Shown here: positions 1 to 7,891 of the stretch, in pieces
Layout: every line of letters starts with the position of its first letter
Numbering within the stretch: the stretch's first letter is position 1
Assembly (NCBI GenBank): GCA_964480435.1
Contig: CAYZSS010000008.1
Coordinates: 1-24,554, forward strand
DNA: 24,554 nt
Direction of reading: 5' to 3'
Source of the DNA: an uncultured archaeon
GTDB taxonomy: Archaea; Iainarchaeota; Iainarchaeia; Iainarchaeales; 0-14-0-20-30-16
Notes under the pieces: model-generated
What the model saw: the letters and a program-made list of their open reading frames with translations, nothing else
Told to the model about the DNA's origin: nothing
Database searches by the model: none
Made by a program: the position numbers and the translations under genes

Positions 1-10
1 ATAATACCAC

Positions 11-943
11 TTATAAATTAATTTTTTCTTTAATTACATATCTTGGTCTTTGTTTTGTTTCCAAATATATCTTTCCAATATATTCCCCAATAATTGATAA
101 AAAAATAAAGTTTAAACTATTAAAGAATAATATTAAGGCGATTGTTGATGACCACCCAACAGCAGTAGCATTTACTGCTTTTTCATAAATCACCCACGCC
201 ACCATAAAAATTGAAACAACAAACAAAAAAACACCCAAAACACCAATAATTCTCAAAGGTTTTATTGAAAAAGAAGTTATGCCATTTAATGCTAAGTCAA
301 GACTTTTCATAAATGGATAGTGTGTTTCCCCTGCAACTCTTTTCTCACGTTTATAGAATACCTTGGATGTTTTAAATTTCATGCTTGGAATCAAACCCCT
401 AATATATAAATTACGTTCTGGAAACTCCTTTAAATTTAGTATTACCTTATCAGAAACCAGTCTAAAATCCCCTGCATTAAATTCACCGGGAACACCTAAA
501 AACTTAGAAATTTTGTAAAAGGTTTCTGCAAAAAGCTTTTTAAAAAACGAATCCGTACCACGGTCATTTCTCACCCCAATTACAACATCACTCCCTTTTT
601 TATATTCTTTTACAAAATCAGAGATATATTTTGGGGGATCTTGCAAGTCAGCATCAATGGTTATTGCAGCATTACCTGTTGCATTCAACATCCCCGCCAA
701 TATCGCTGACTGATGCCCAAAATTAGAATTAAATAATATTGCTTTAACGTTTTTATTTTGTTTAGATAGTTGAATAATTATTTCTTCTGTTTTATCTTTT
801 GAACCATCATTAACAAAAATAAGTTCATAATCTGAAATAATTTTCTCTGTTTTTATTTTTTCTAACACTTCCACCATTTTTGTACAAGCAGTGTTTATTA
901 CTGCTTCTTCATTGTAGCACGGAATAATCACAGATAATTTCAT
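11..943 (-). CDS. Family-2 glycosyltransferase (polyprenol-phosphate sugar synthase, GtrB/ArnC/DPM1-like) with C-terminal membrane helices
   Basis: ORF 11..970. GT-A motifs VIIPCYNEE, VNDGSKDKT and DADLQDPP are present. Two hydrophobic helices lie near the C-terminus. I moved the start from TTG 970 to ATG 943 (MKLSVIIPCYNEE), which follows a GAGTGAT SD-like motif and removes the overlap with the upstream gene. Stop is TAA. Confidence 0.85.
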   Translation of the reverse strand: MKLSVIIPCYNEEAVINTACTKMVEVLEKIKTEKIISDYELIFVNDGSKDKTEEIIIQLSKQNKNVKAILFNSNFGHQSAILAGMLNATGNAAITIDADLQDPPKYISDFVKEYKKGSDVVIGVRNDRGTDSFFKKLFAETFYKISKFLGVPGEFNAGDFRLVSDKVILNLKEFPERNLYIRGLIPSMKFKTSKVFYKREKRVAGETHYPFMKSLDLALNGITSFSIKPLRIIGVLGVFLFVVSIFMVAWVIYEKAVNATAVGWSSTIALILFFNSLNFIFLSIIGEYIGKIYLETKQRPRYVIKEKINL

Positions 944-953
944 AGCATCACTC

Positions 954-1352
954 TTATTTTTTAAATACAAATAATTTATACCCCAAATAATTTAATATTA
1001 AAGTTACAGGTATAATTAATAATCCAGAGATATATTTATTTATGCCTATTAGATCCACAAATAAATACAGCACGATTTCAGAAAACAACAATACAGCAAG
1101 GGTAATTGTTATAAAAACCATAAATTTTTGTATATGGCTTTTTTGATTATCAGAAAAAACCCAAAAATTGTTCAATAAATAGCTATTTATAACCCCAAAA
1201 CAATATGAAATACAATATGATGCTAAATAAGTCAGCCCAATAATTGAAAACAGATAGTAAAAAGCATAAAATATTACTGTATTTAAAACACCCACCAGGG
1301 AGAATTTTATAATTTTGCTGTACTTATTAAACATATTAGTTATAATTACCAT
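954..1352 (-). CDS. GtrA-like small polytopic membrane protein (putative lipid-linked sugar handling partner of the GT2)
   Basis: 132 aa with four hydrophobic segments. The N-terminal pattern KFSLVGVLNTVIFYAFYYLF is typical of the GtrA family. It sits directly upstream of the GT2 gene on the same strand, with an 11-nt gap to ATG 943. Confidence 0.6.
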   Translation of the reverse strand: MVIITNMFNKYSKIIKFSLVGVLNTVIFYAFYYLFSIIGLTYLASYCISYCFGVINSYLLNNFWVFSDNQKSHIQKFMVFITITLAVLLFSEIVLYLFVDLIGINKYISGLLIIPVTLILNYLGYKLFVFKK

Positions 1353-1578
1353 TAAATTATATATATTTACCTATAAACTAGTTCACTAAGCTATACATCA
1401 TATTTTTAAACATTAGTTAGACTATAATCATACAGGCAGAGGTGCTTCATTATATTTAAGTGAAGTTTTTGATGAAGCCAACCTTTTCAAGAAAGCATTT
1501 TGCTTTAAGGTAAAATGTTTCTGGACCTAAAGAAATATTTTGCAAGGACAAAAATTTCTTTTTGTTTTGAAAAAGGTT

Positions 1579-1662
1579 GCAGGGGTAGCGAAGCGGTCCA
1601 ACGCGCTCGGCTTGAGACCGAGTCTCTGAAAGGAGGCGTGGGTTCAAATCCCACTCCCTGCG
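1579..1662 (+). tRNA. tRNA-Ser (anticodon UGA), class II with long variable arm, no encoded CCA
   Basis: Hand-folded. Acceptor GCAGGGG/TCCCTGC, D arm GCG-AAGCGGTCCAA-CGC, anticodon arm CTCGG-CTTGAGA-CCGAG (anticodon TGA). Variable arm CTCT-GAAA-GGAG, T arm GTGGG-TTCAAAT-CCCAC, discriminator G at 1662. Confidence 0.92.
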
Positions 1663-1668
1663 TTTCTA

Positions 1669-1693
1669 AGCTTTTCTTTCAAAAAGAAAAGCT
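1669..1693 (+). terminator. Perfect 11-bp AT-rich hairpin directly downstream of tRNA-Ser
   Basis: AGCTTTTCTTT-caa-AAAGAAAAGCT, starting 7 nt after the tRNA 3' end. A role in termination or processing is inference only. Confidence 0.3.
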
Positions 1694-1713
1694 AAAGTTT
1701 GCAAAAGAAATTT

Positions 1714-1730
1714 AGGGGCATAAAGCCCCT
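1714..1730. repeat. GC hairpin AGGGGC-ATAAA-GCCCCT (copy 1 of a recurrent element; copy 2 at 24435-24453)
   Basis: 6-bp GC stem with a 5-nt loop, lying between the convergent tRNA-Ser and kinase genes. The same 17-mer, with one extra G:C pair, recurs in the same + strand orientation 4 nt from the tRNA-Arg 3' end. Confidence 0.6.
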
Positions 1731-1751
1731 TTTAGGTGTCAAAAGAAGAAA

Positions 1752-2705
1752 TTACAATTCTAAACCAACTTTTCCACAATTATACCAATACCTATTTTCA
1801 TCAGAACCATTATTTTCTACTATTTTTTCGTAGTTAGCACCAAGTATATGCATAGCGTGCGCTAATTTAATATAATTTGGCAAAACTTCAAGTTCCTTAG
1901 GCGTTAACTTTATCTGTTTTTGATACTCATCCAAAGCAGTTTTTAAGTTTCTTTCACTATTTTCTTTGTTTTTTTCATCAAATAAAATATTACAAGCCAT
2001 AACAGCAAGTTCCTGTATACGTGGATAATAATTTGAGACCGAAAAATCAACAAGCCAAATTTTTCCGTCTTTATCTTTCATAACATTAGTTGAAATAAGA
2101 TCGCCATGAACAAACGAATGAGGCAGGGATTCTACTTTCATTTCCTTATATATCTGCATTAAAGATTTAATCTTTTTTGAGTCCTCTGGCAAAAGGTATT
2201 CTCCTTTTTTTTCATATTCGCTTAGAATATTTGTAACAGCCCAGGAATCATAAACAAAAGATGGCTTAATATTTATTGAATTTATCAGAGCGGCTTGCTT
2301 AGCTAGCTCTTTGATTTCACCAAAAGTCGGGTTTTCTCCCAACTGGAAATAAGTTTCGCCATCAATAAACTGCATCACTACAAGCCTCAATTTCATTTTG
2401 CTAATTGTTATAGTATGCAAGTAGCCCTGCTTCGACATATACAGTTTTGGTGTTGAAATACCCTTAGACAGTGCAGTTTTTATGATTTCAACATATCTAT
2501 GGCAGTCTTCATCTGTTCTAAAATTTGAAAAAATCTTTATGAAGTACTTTCCTTTTGTAGTTTCTAATATAAAATTAAAATCCTCATAACCTACTTCAAC
2601 AAGTTTATTAGACTTAAATTCTCCAAGATTAAAATCATTACATAGTAACCCAGATATCTCCGACAAGTCGCCAACATACCCAATTCTAGTATAAAAGTTT
2701 TTCAT
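1752..2705 (-). CDS. Aminoglycoside/choline/homoserine-kinase-type phosphotransferase (APH fold, protein-kinase-like)
   Basis: ORF 1752..2723. Brenner-type catalytic motif FVHGDLISTNVM (HxDxxxxN) is followed by WLVDFS (the metal-binding Asp). I placed the start at ATG 2705 (MKNFYTRIG) rather than GTG 2723. Stop is TAA. Confidence 0.75.
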   Translation of the reverse strand: MKNFYTRIGYVGDLSEISGLLCNDFNLGEFKSNKLVEVGYEDFNFILETTKGKYFIKIFSNFRTDEDCHRYVEIIKTALSKGISTPKLYMSKQGYLHTITISKMKLRLVVMQFIDGETYFQLGENPTFGEIKELAKQAALINSINIKPSFVYDSWAVTNILSEYEKKGEYLLPEDSKKIKSLMQIYKEMKVESLPHSFVHGDLISTNVMKDKDGKIWLVDFSVSNYYPRIQELAVMACNILFDEKNKENSERNLKTALDEYQKQIKLTPKELEVLPNYIKLAHAMHILGANYEKIVENNGSDENRYWYNCGKVGLEL

Positions 2706-2749
2706 ACTATATCTATAAAACACAATAATTTTAATCCTTTATTTCATTG

Positions 2750-3634
2750 TTAGGCCAAAATAAACACTAGATAGGCAAGAGGGCAAATAAAGCAAAAGTA
2801 AACTACAAATTTCTTCCAATTCCCATCAATAATACCCACAAAAATACTAGTTATAAGAGATAATTCCCCAACATAAGCATAAATTGCAATTTTTGCAGTG
2901 TCTAACAAAGCAGAATTAAAAGAAAAAGCATCTATTGCAGAATTCGCAGAGAACCCAGTAACAATATTTAAAACCCATTTTAGAACCAAAGGCACAATAA
3001 GCGCTGAAGATGTAATCAAAGTATATTTTTGTATAGATAATCCTACTTGTTTTTCTTTTTCAACAATTTCAGCATTAATCAAGTTTTTGGACAGTTTTCC
3101 AAACAACTCAGAAACCTCTATTCCTGAATCATAAGATATTTTTAAGTAATTTACGATCTGAGCTAGTTTTTCGTTTTTATTTCTTTTTTGAATATTTACC
3201 AAAGCATCCGTTACAGATACTCCTGCCAATATTTGAGAGTAACAAATTCTAAACTCATGCGATAAATTCTCATTTGAAATTGCGTTGTTTCCAAAATATT
3301 TTATTATTTCAATTAGATCTGTCCCTTTGGGAAACAAAGATGCCTGAACAAGCAAATCAGAAAGACCTGCAGAAATCTTTCTTTGTTTATTATCTTCCAA
3401 ATATATAAAAATTAAATAAACAAAAACAAAAGAAAAGATTAATGATAATAAGAGAAAAATAACTAATATAAAAATACCAACAAAGCCAACAAAAAAAGCA
3501 AACATAATAAAACAAAATAAAATTATGAAAAAAGCAAAAGAATACTTATAATAATCAAATAAATCAAGATTTTGTTTTTCCAAAATAAATTCAAAGTCTG
3601 ATATTAGTACCCTAACTGTTTTTAGTATTTCCAT
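2750..3634 (-). CDS. Type II secretion system F-domain membrane protein (TadC/FlaJ-like pilus platform subunit)
   Basis: 294 aa. N-terminal and C-terminal TM helices flank a cytoplasmic helical domain (LSDLLVQASLF...ILAGVSVTDAL...YDSGIEVSELF). Its ATG overlaps the TAA of the upstream platform gene by 1 nt. Confidence 0.65.
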   Translation of the reverse strand: MEILKTVRVLISDFEFILEKQNLDLFDYYKYSFAFFIILFCFIMFAFFVGFVGIFILVIFLLLSLIFSFVFVYLIFIYLEDNKQRKISAGLSDLLVQASLFPKGTDLIEIIKYFGNNAISNENLSHEFRICYSQILAGVSVTDALVNIQKRNKNEKLAQIVNYLKISYDSGIEVSELFGKLSKNLINAEIVEKEKQVGLSIQKYTLITSSALIVPLVLKWVLNIVTGFSANSAIDAFSFNSALLDTAKIAIYAYVGELSLITSIFVGIIDGNWKKFVVYFCFICPLAYLVFILA

Positions 3635-4398
3635 TATTTACCCTCCTTCAGGTGGTAAGGCATTTGATACACAACAAACAAAATATATAAAATGTCTACT
3701 AGCGGAAACACAACAAAGAATAGAAGCAATAGTTGTGTTGAGGTAATATTAATTTCTATTATTGTAGAACCAACAGTCACAAACATTAAGTACATTGCCG
3801 GAAGTATTGCAGTAGCTGCAATAAAGAATAAAGAATACATTATAAGTTTTCCAGAATAAGCCTTTGCATCTAGCTTTTGTTTATTTAAAATTTCTTGTGC
3901 TAAATCAGTTAAAACATTATCTCTATACCCTGATTCGTATAGCACAATTATTTGTGATAACCCTCTTTTTAAAGGAACGGAATTTATTTTTTCTCCAAGA
4001 ATAAATAAAGACGCTTGAAAAGTATTTCCTTTTAAATAATTAACAAATAGCTTTCCAAAAACAATATTCAAATAGGTATATTTTTTTGAATTATTTTTTA
4101 TTGCATCAAGAAAGTCAGAATTAAGAAAAAGATTAATATCCAGATCCATTAAAAAATAAGGCAACTCTTTTTCAACATTACCAATAAAATGTTTTTTTAG
4201 TAAGTAAGGAAAGACCAAAAAAAACAAATAAACCAATAAAGACAAAAAGACAGAATATAGAATTGAGTATAACTCAAAAAAAGGATACAAAAAAATTACA
4301 CAAACAAAAAATACAATCGCAGTTATTTTATAACTCAGATTTTTGTATTCTTTTTCATTTTTTCCATACAACAAAGAAACAAAAAACAAATCAGCCAT
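3634..4398 (-). CDS. Type II secretion system F-domain membrane protein (TadB-like pilus platform subunit)
   Basis: 254 aa with the same architecture: TM helices plus a helical cytoplasmic domain (LPYFLMDLDINL...LKRGLSQIIVLYESGY). It starts 10 nt after the ATPase stop. Confidence 0.6.
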   Translation of the reverse strand: MADLFFVSLLYGKNEKEYKNLSYKITAIVFFVCVIFLYPFFELYSILYSVFLSLLVYLFFLVFPYLLKKHFIGNVEKELPYFLMDLDINLFLNSDFLDAIKNNSKKYTYLNIVFGKLFVNYLKGNTFQASLFILGEKINSVPLKRGLSQIIVLYESGYRDNVLTDLAQEILNKQKLDAKAYSGKLIMYSLFFIAATAILPAMYLMFVTVGSTIIEINITSTQLLLLFFVVFPLVDILYILFVVYQMPYHLKEGK

Positions 4399-4408
4399 AA
4401 TATCACAG

Positions 4409-5959
4409 TCATTTTAATAAATATGAATTAAACATTTTGCTAAATTCATCTAAATTTAATGTTTCATTAGTAATTAAAAATTCAAAATATTCTTTCAGAT
4501 TATTATATAATTCAGAATATCTTTTTCCAAAAACGATTTCAATTTTATCTTTTACTTTTTTGCTGTCATTAACTTTATCCCAAAAATTTGTTTTAGGATC
4601 ATATTGATATAATATATTTACATTAGAATCAATTATTTCTGCAATTTCAAAAACTCTTCTTTTTTCTATTTTCTGCCCATCTTTTATGGATGTCCACCTT
4701 TTTTGTAAAATAATTAGGTCCAAGGCATTAAGATCTTGATTATTCAACCCCAGATTCTTTAATCTTGAAACTGTTTCCTGTACACTTAATCCGTGAAAAG
4801 TAGCATAACTCCCTTTACCTTGACCAGCAAGAATAGTATCAATATAGGCTTCTACTTCTTCTTTGGTCCTTATTTCCCCAACAATTACTCTGTCTGGCCT
4901 CATTCTTAAAGTTGTTTTTATCAAATCAGACATAGTTATTTTTTGTTCTGAATTAACTTTTAGCGCTACTTTGTGTGTGTGAGGTATATTTATTTCTGGG
5001 GTCTCCTCTGTAATTATTATTCTTTCATCCAGAGGTACAAAAGAAAATAAAGAATTTAGTAAAGTGGTTTTCCCACTACCGGTATTTCCTGCTATCAGCA
5101 CATTTATTTCTGACTGCATAGCTAAAGCTAAGAACACAATTAAGTCTAAAGAAATAGTATTATTTTTTATTAAGTCAATTGGAGTTAAAGGGCGATACCT
5201 AAACTTTCTAATAGTCAAAGAAACTTCTGAATTAACCACTGGTTTTATTATTGCATTAAGCCTAGACCCATCCTTCAGCGAAGCGGTTAATATTGGACTT
5301 GAAAGAGTTATTCTTCGGCCCACATTCCTCGCCATTTTATTTATCATTTCTTTTAGATAGGATTCCGAATTGAAATAAAAATTTGTGTTATACCAACCTT
5401 TATTTATTATATACACACAAACAGGATTATGTTCCCCAGTACCATTTACCGCAATTTCCTCTATTTCTTTACTATTAAGCAAAATGGATAAAGGACCAAA
5501 ACCAAATAATTCATTAATTATTACTGTTATTAAATAATCCCTCTGTTCCGTATCAAGAATAATATTTTTTTCAACACAAAATTCAGAAAAAATAGGAGTA
5601 AGTTTTGATTCCAAGTTTTCAAAAGGCAGTTCTTGTATTTCTTTTAGAAAAAACGAAATTAAATATTTTTCTGCATTTGAAAGAGGCTTTTGTTTTATAA
5701 CACAAGTTTTTTCCAAAAAGAAAGAGTCATATTCTTGAAAGTCCTCAAAATTTATTTTTTCTAAATCCCAACCAAGATCAACAAGTGAATAAGCTAATTT
5801 TTGTTCCTCTTTTTCTTCAGGAGGGTTTTTTATAGACTGATAATTAGAAGAAATTTTATGTTTTAAATTTTTTATTAATTTTCTGGTTTTCCCTACTCTT
5901 AACTTTAATTTGCTCTTCATCAAAAATAAAATAAAAAAATAAGTTTTTGCATTATGCAA
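4409..5959 (-). CDS. Type II/IV secretion system ATPase (FlaI/CpaF/VirB11 superfamily), locus 1
   Basis: Walker A AGNTGSGKTT (5063-5089), Asp box IIITEETPEI, Walker B RPDRVIVGEIR, His box ATFHG. The ORF-track start is TTG 5959. ATG 5920 (MKSKLKL) is an equally plausible start. Stop is TGA. Confidence 0.9.
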   Translation of the reverse strand: MHNAKTYFFILFLMKSKLKLRVGKTRKLIKNLKHKISSNYQSIKNPPEEKEEQKLAYSLVDLGWDLEKINFEDFQEYDSFFLEKTCVIKQKPLSNAEKYLISFFLKEIQELPFENLESKLTPIFSEFCVEKNIILDTEQRDYLITVIINELFGFGPLSILLNSKEIEEIAVNGTGEHNPVCVYIINKGWYNTNFYFNSESYLKEMINKMARNVGRRITLSSPILTASLKDGSRLNAIIKPVVNSEVSLTIRKFRYRPLTPIDLIKNNTISLDLIVFLALAMQSEINVLIAGNTGSGKTTLLNSLFSFVPLDERIIITEETPEINIPHTHKVALKVNSEQKITMSDLIKTTLRMRPDRVIVGEIRTKEEVEAYIDTILAGQGKGSYATFHGLSVQETVSRLKNLGLNNQDLNALDLIILQKRWTSIKDGQKIEKRRVFEIAEIIDSNVNILYQYDPKTNFWDKVNDSKKVKDKIEIVFGKRYSELYNNLKEYFEFLITNETLNLDEFSKMFNSYLLK

Positions 5960-5964
5960 AAACC

Positions 5965-7677
5965 CTATTGGTGTGCTAACTCATAATCTATTATTTCTTT
6001 GAAAACACTATAATCTACTGCACCAGGGACTAGCACATGCCCAATTAAAAAGGAGGGTGTTCCGCTAAGTCCAAGAGATTCTGCCAAGTTTGCAATATCT
6101 TGTATTTCTAGATCATAATCATTTTTTGTGTAACAATCATTAAATTTACCCATATCTAAATTTACATTTTGTGCAACTTCTCTTATATTATTTTCATCAT
6201 ATTCTGTAGCATAACCAAATACTTTGTCATGGAATGCCCAGTATTGCCCTTGTTCCCCAGCACATAAAGCACCTAAAGAAGCTAAAGGTGATGTAGGGTG
6301 CAATTGTAATATTGGCCTTTGTAGGTAATAAAACAGTGCTTTTCCAGTATCAACATATTCAGCTTTTAATTTTTCATAACTTTCAGTATTAAACTTTATA
6401 CAATAAGGGCACAAATAATCTGAAAATTCTATTATTTTTAGATTTGCATCCTTATTTCCTAAAGAATAATCTTGTGACAAAATGTTATCTAAAGTTCCTG
6501 ATATATCTGGCATAACATAATAACTCTCAAAGCCTATTTTTGCTAAGCTAGCAGTTTTATATAATCCCAATATATTTTGGTCATTATCTATAACTTCTTT
6601 TGCACCTTCATAAAAAGGGCTATCAGTAAATTGTCCTTCAAATAAGTATGCAGGGAACGATTCAATACCTAATTTACTAACAAGATCTTTTCCTTCACTA
6701 CTATCTGCATCAATTATTCTTGTTGTAACTTCATAGTAGTAATCAAAAGAATCAAATTTATTTACATTTTGTTTATCAAAATAACTTAAGCCTGTTTTTC
6801 CAATAATTGCTACTGTTACACTTGGCTTTATTGGTTGTCCTAAAGCAATATTATTTAATACAGAATCTAAAATATCCATACTAAATTTATCCCCGTTATA
6901 TGTAAAAACAGGATCAAGACTTAACAAGCCATCGTTATAAACAGTTTGTATTTCAGCATCAACTATCTTCTTGTTGTCTTCTGAATTATAACAAACATCA
7001 AATTTGCTTTTGTCCAAACCTAATTCAGAAACATAAGCATTTATTTTATCATCAGTGTATATTCCTGGTAATGTTTGAGTATAATAATAGTTATAACTAT
7101 AATCCATTATACTACTTGTTCCATTGTGATCTTTGTTTGCTGATTTCAATAATGCTGAAATCATTTCATCTTCTTTTCCTTGTGCCTTTGCACACATTTC
7201 TGCAAGCTTAGCTTTTTTTCCTTCTCCAAAATCAAAGCCTCCCAAATCAGGAAGATTTTCTATTCCACCGTAAAGATTAAACTTCAATTCTACACCAGGA
7301 TGTTGTGCTAAGAACGCACCCAAATTTTCATCATAAAATTTTGCTAATGACGGAGACATATAATCTGCATAAACAGTAAATGTAACTTTATCAGATATTA
7401 CATCTGCGCCAGTATTAGTATCTTTTGTATCAGAACCATTTGAACTAAAAGCAAATGCAAGTCCTAAAACAACAATAATTAACACAATCAAACCAATAAT
7501 AAAATATTGATTAGAAAATATGTCTTTAAATTTGCAATTACCTTTTTTACAATTGCTAGTTTTTGATTTTTCTACTACTTTTGTTTCTACTTTTTTGTTA
7601 ACTTTCGGTTTTTCAGCCTTAGTTACTTTTTTTTCTTTTTTAACACTTTTTTTCGTATTTCCTTTTTTAACAACCAT
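5965..7677 (-). CDS. Membrane-anchored tandem DsbA-like thiol:disulfide oxidoreductase (degenerate N-terminal copy plus active C-terminal CPYC domain)
   Basis: 570 aa. A lysine-rich N-terminus is followed by one TM helix (IIGLIVLIIVVLGLAFAF). The C-terminal domain carries FSDYLCPYCIKF (CPYC at 6400-6411), CAGEQGQYWAFHDKVF and GTPSFLIG, which are classic DsbA/thioredoxin-like signatures. An earlier segment, YADYMSPSLAKF (7345-7356), aligns to the same motif but both Cys are lost. Confidence 0.8.
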   Translation of the reverse strand: MVVKKGNTKKSVKKEKKVTKAEKPKVNKKVETKVVEKSKTSNCKKGNCKFKDIFSNQYFIIGLIVLIIVVLGLAFAFSSNGSDTKDTNTGADVISDKVTFTVYADYMSPSLAKFYDENLGAFLAQHPGVELKFNLYGGIENLPDLGGFDFGEGKKAKLAEMCAKAQGKEDEMISALLKSANKDHNGTSSIMDYSYNYYYTQTLPGIYTDDKINAYVSELGLDKSKFDVCYNSEDNKKIVDAEIQTVYNDGLLSLDPVFTYNGDKFSMDILDSVLNNIALGQPIKPSVTVAIIGKTGLSYFDKQNVNKFDSFDYYYEVTTRIIDADSSEGKDLVSKLGIESFPAYLFEGQFTDSPFYEGAKEVIDNDQNILGLYKTASLAKIGFESYYVMPDISGTLDNILSQDYSLGNKDANLKIIEFSDYLCPYCIKFNTESYEKLKAEYVDTGKALFYYLQRPILQLHPTSPLASLGALCAGEQGQYWAFHDKVFGYATEYDENNIREVAQNVNLDMGKFNDCYTKNDYDLEIQDIANLAESLGLSGTPSFLIGHVLVPGAVDYSVFKEIIDYELAHQ

Positions 7678-7816
7678 ATAACCACCTTAAAATAAGAATT
7701 TTGTTTTAAGAATTATAGAAAAAAAAGATTATAAACTGATTGGTGCAAGTTTTAAAAAAAAAACCTGCGCAAGGTATATAAACCCTTTCAAACAGATTTA
7801 AAAAGCTACCGAAATG

Positions 7817-7827
7817 TTTATATATAA
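7817..7827 (+). promoter_or_regulatory. Candidate TATA box for tfb
   Basis: TTTATATATAA matches the archaeal TATA consensus. It lies in the divergent intergenic region, 65-75 nt upstream of ATG 7892. A weaker AT-rich alternative occurs around 7839-7849. No TSS data are available. Confidence 0.35.
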
Positions 7828-7891
7828 CATCCGATCAGAAATATATTATTACTATTTTTGTAATACTAAAATTTTATTAGGAGTGATCTTA

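Noticed and set aside
1456-1715. ORFs 1456..1647 (-) and 1515..1715 (+)
   Set aside because: Both run through the tRNA-Ser gene and its flanking hairpins. Neither has an SD-like motif, and both have atypical composition.
7814-7891. 26-codon N-terminal extension of the TFB ORF (MFIYNIRSEIYYYYFC...)
   Set aside because: It overlaps the best TATA-like element. The internal ATG 7892 is preceded by AGGAGTGATC and gives the canonical TFB N-terminus, with a Zn ribbon starting at residue 5.
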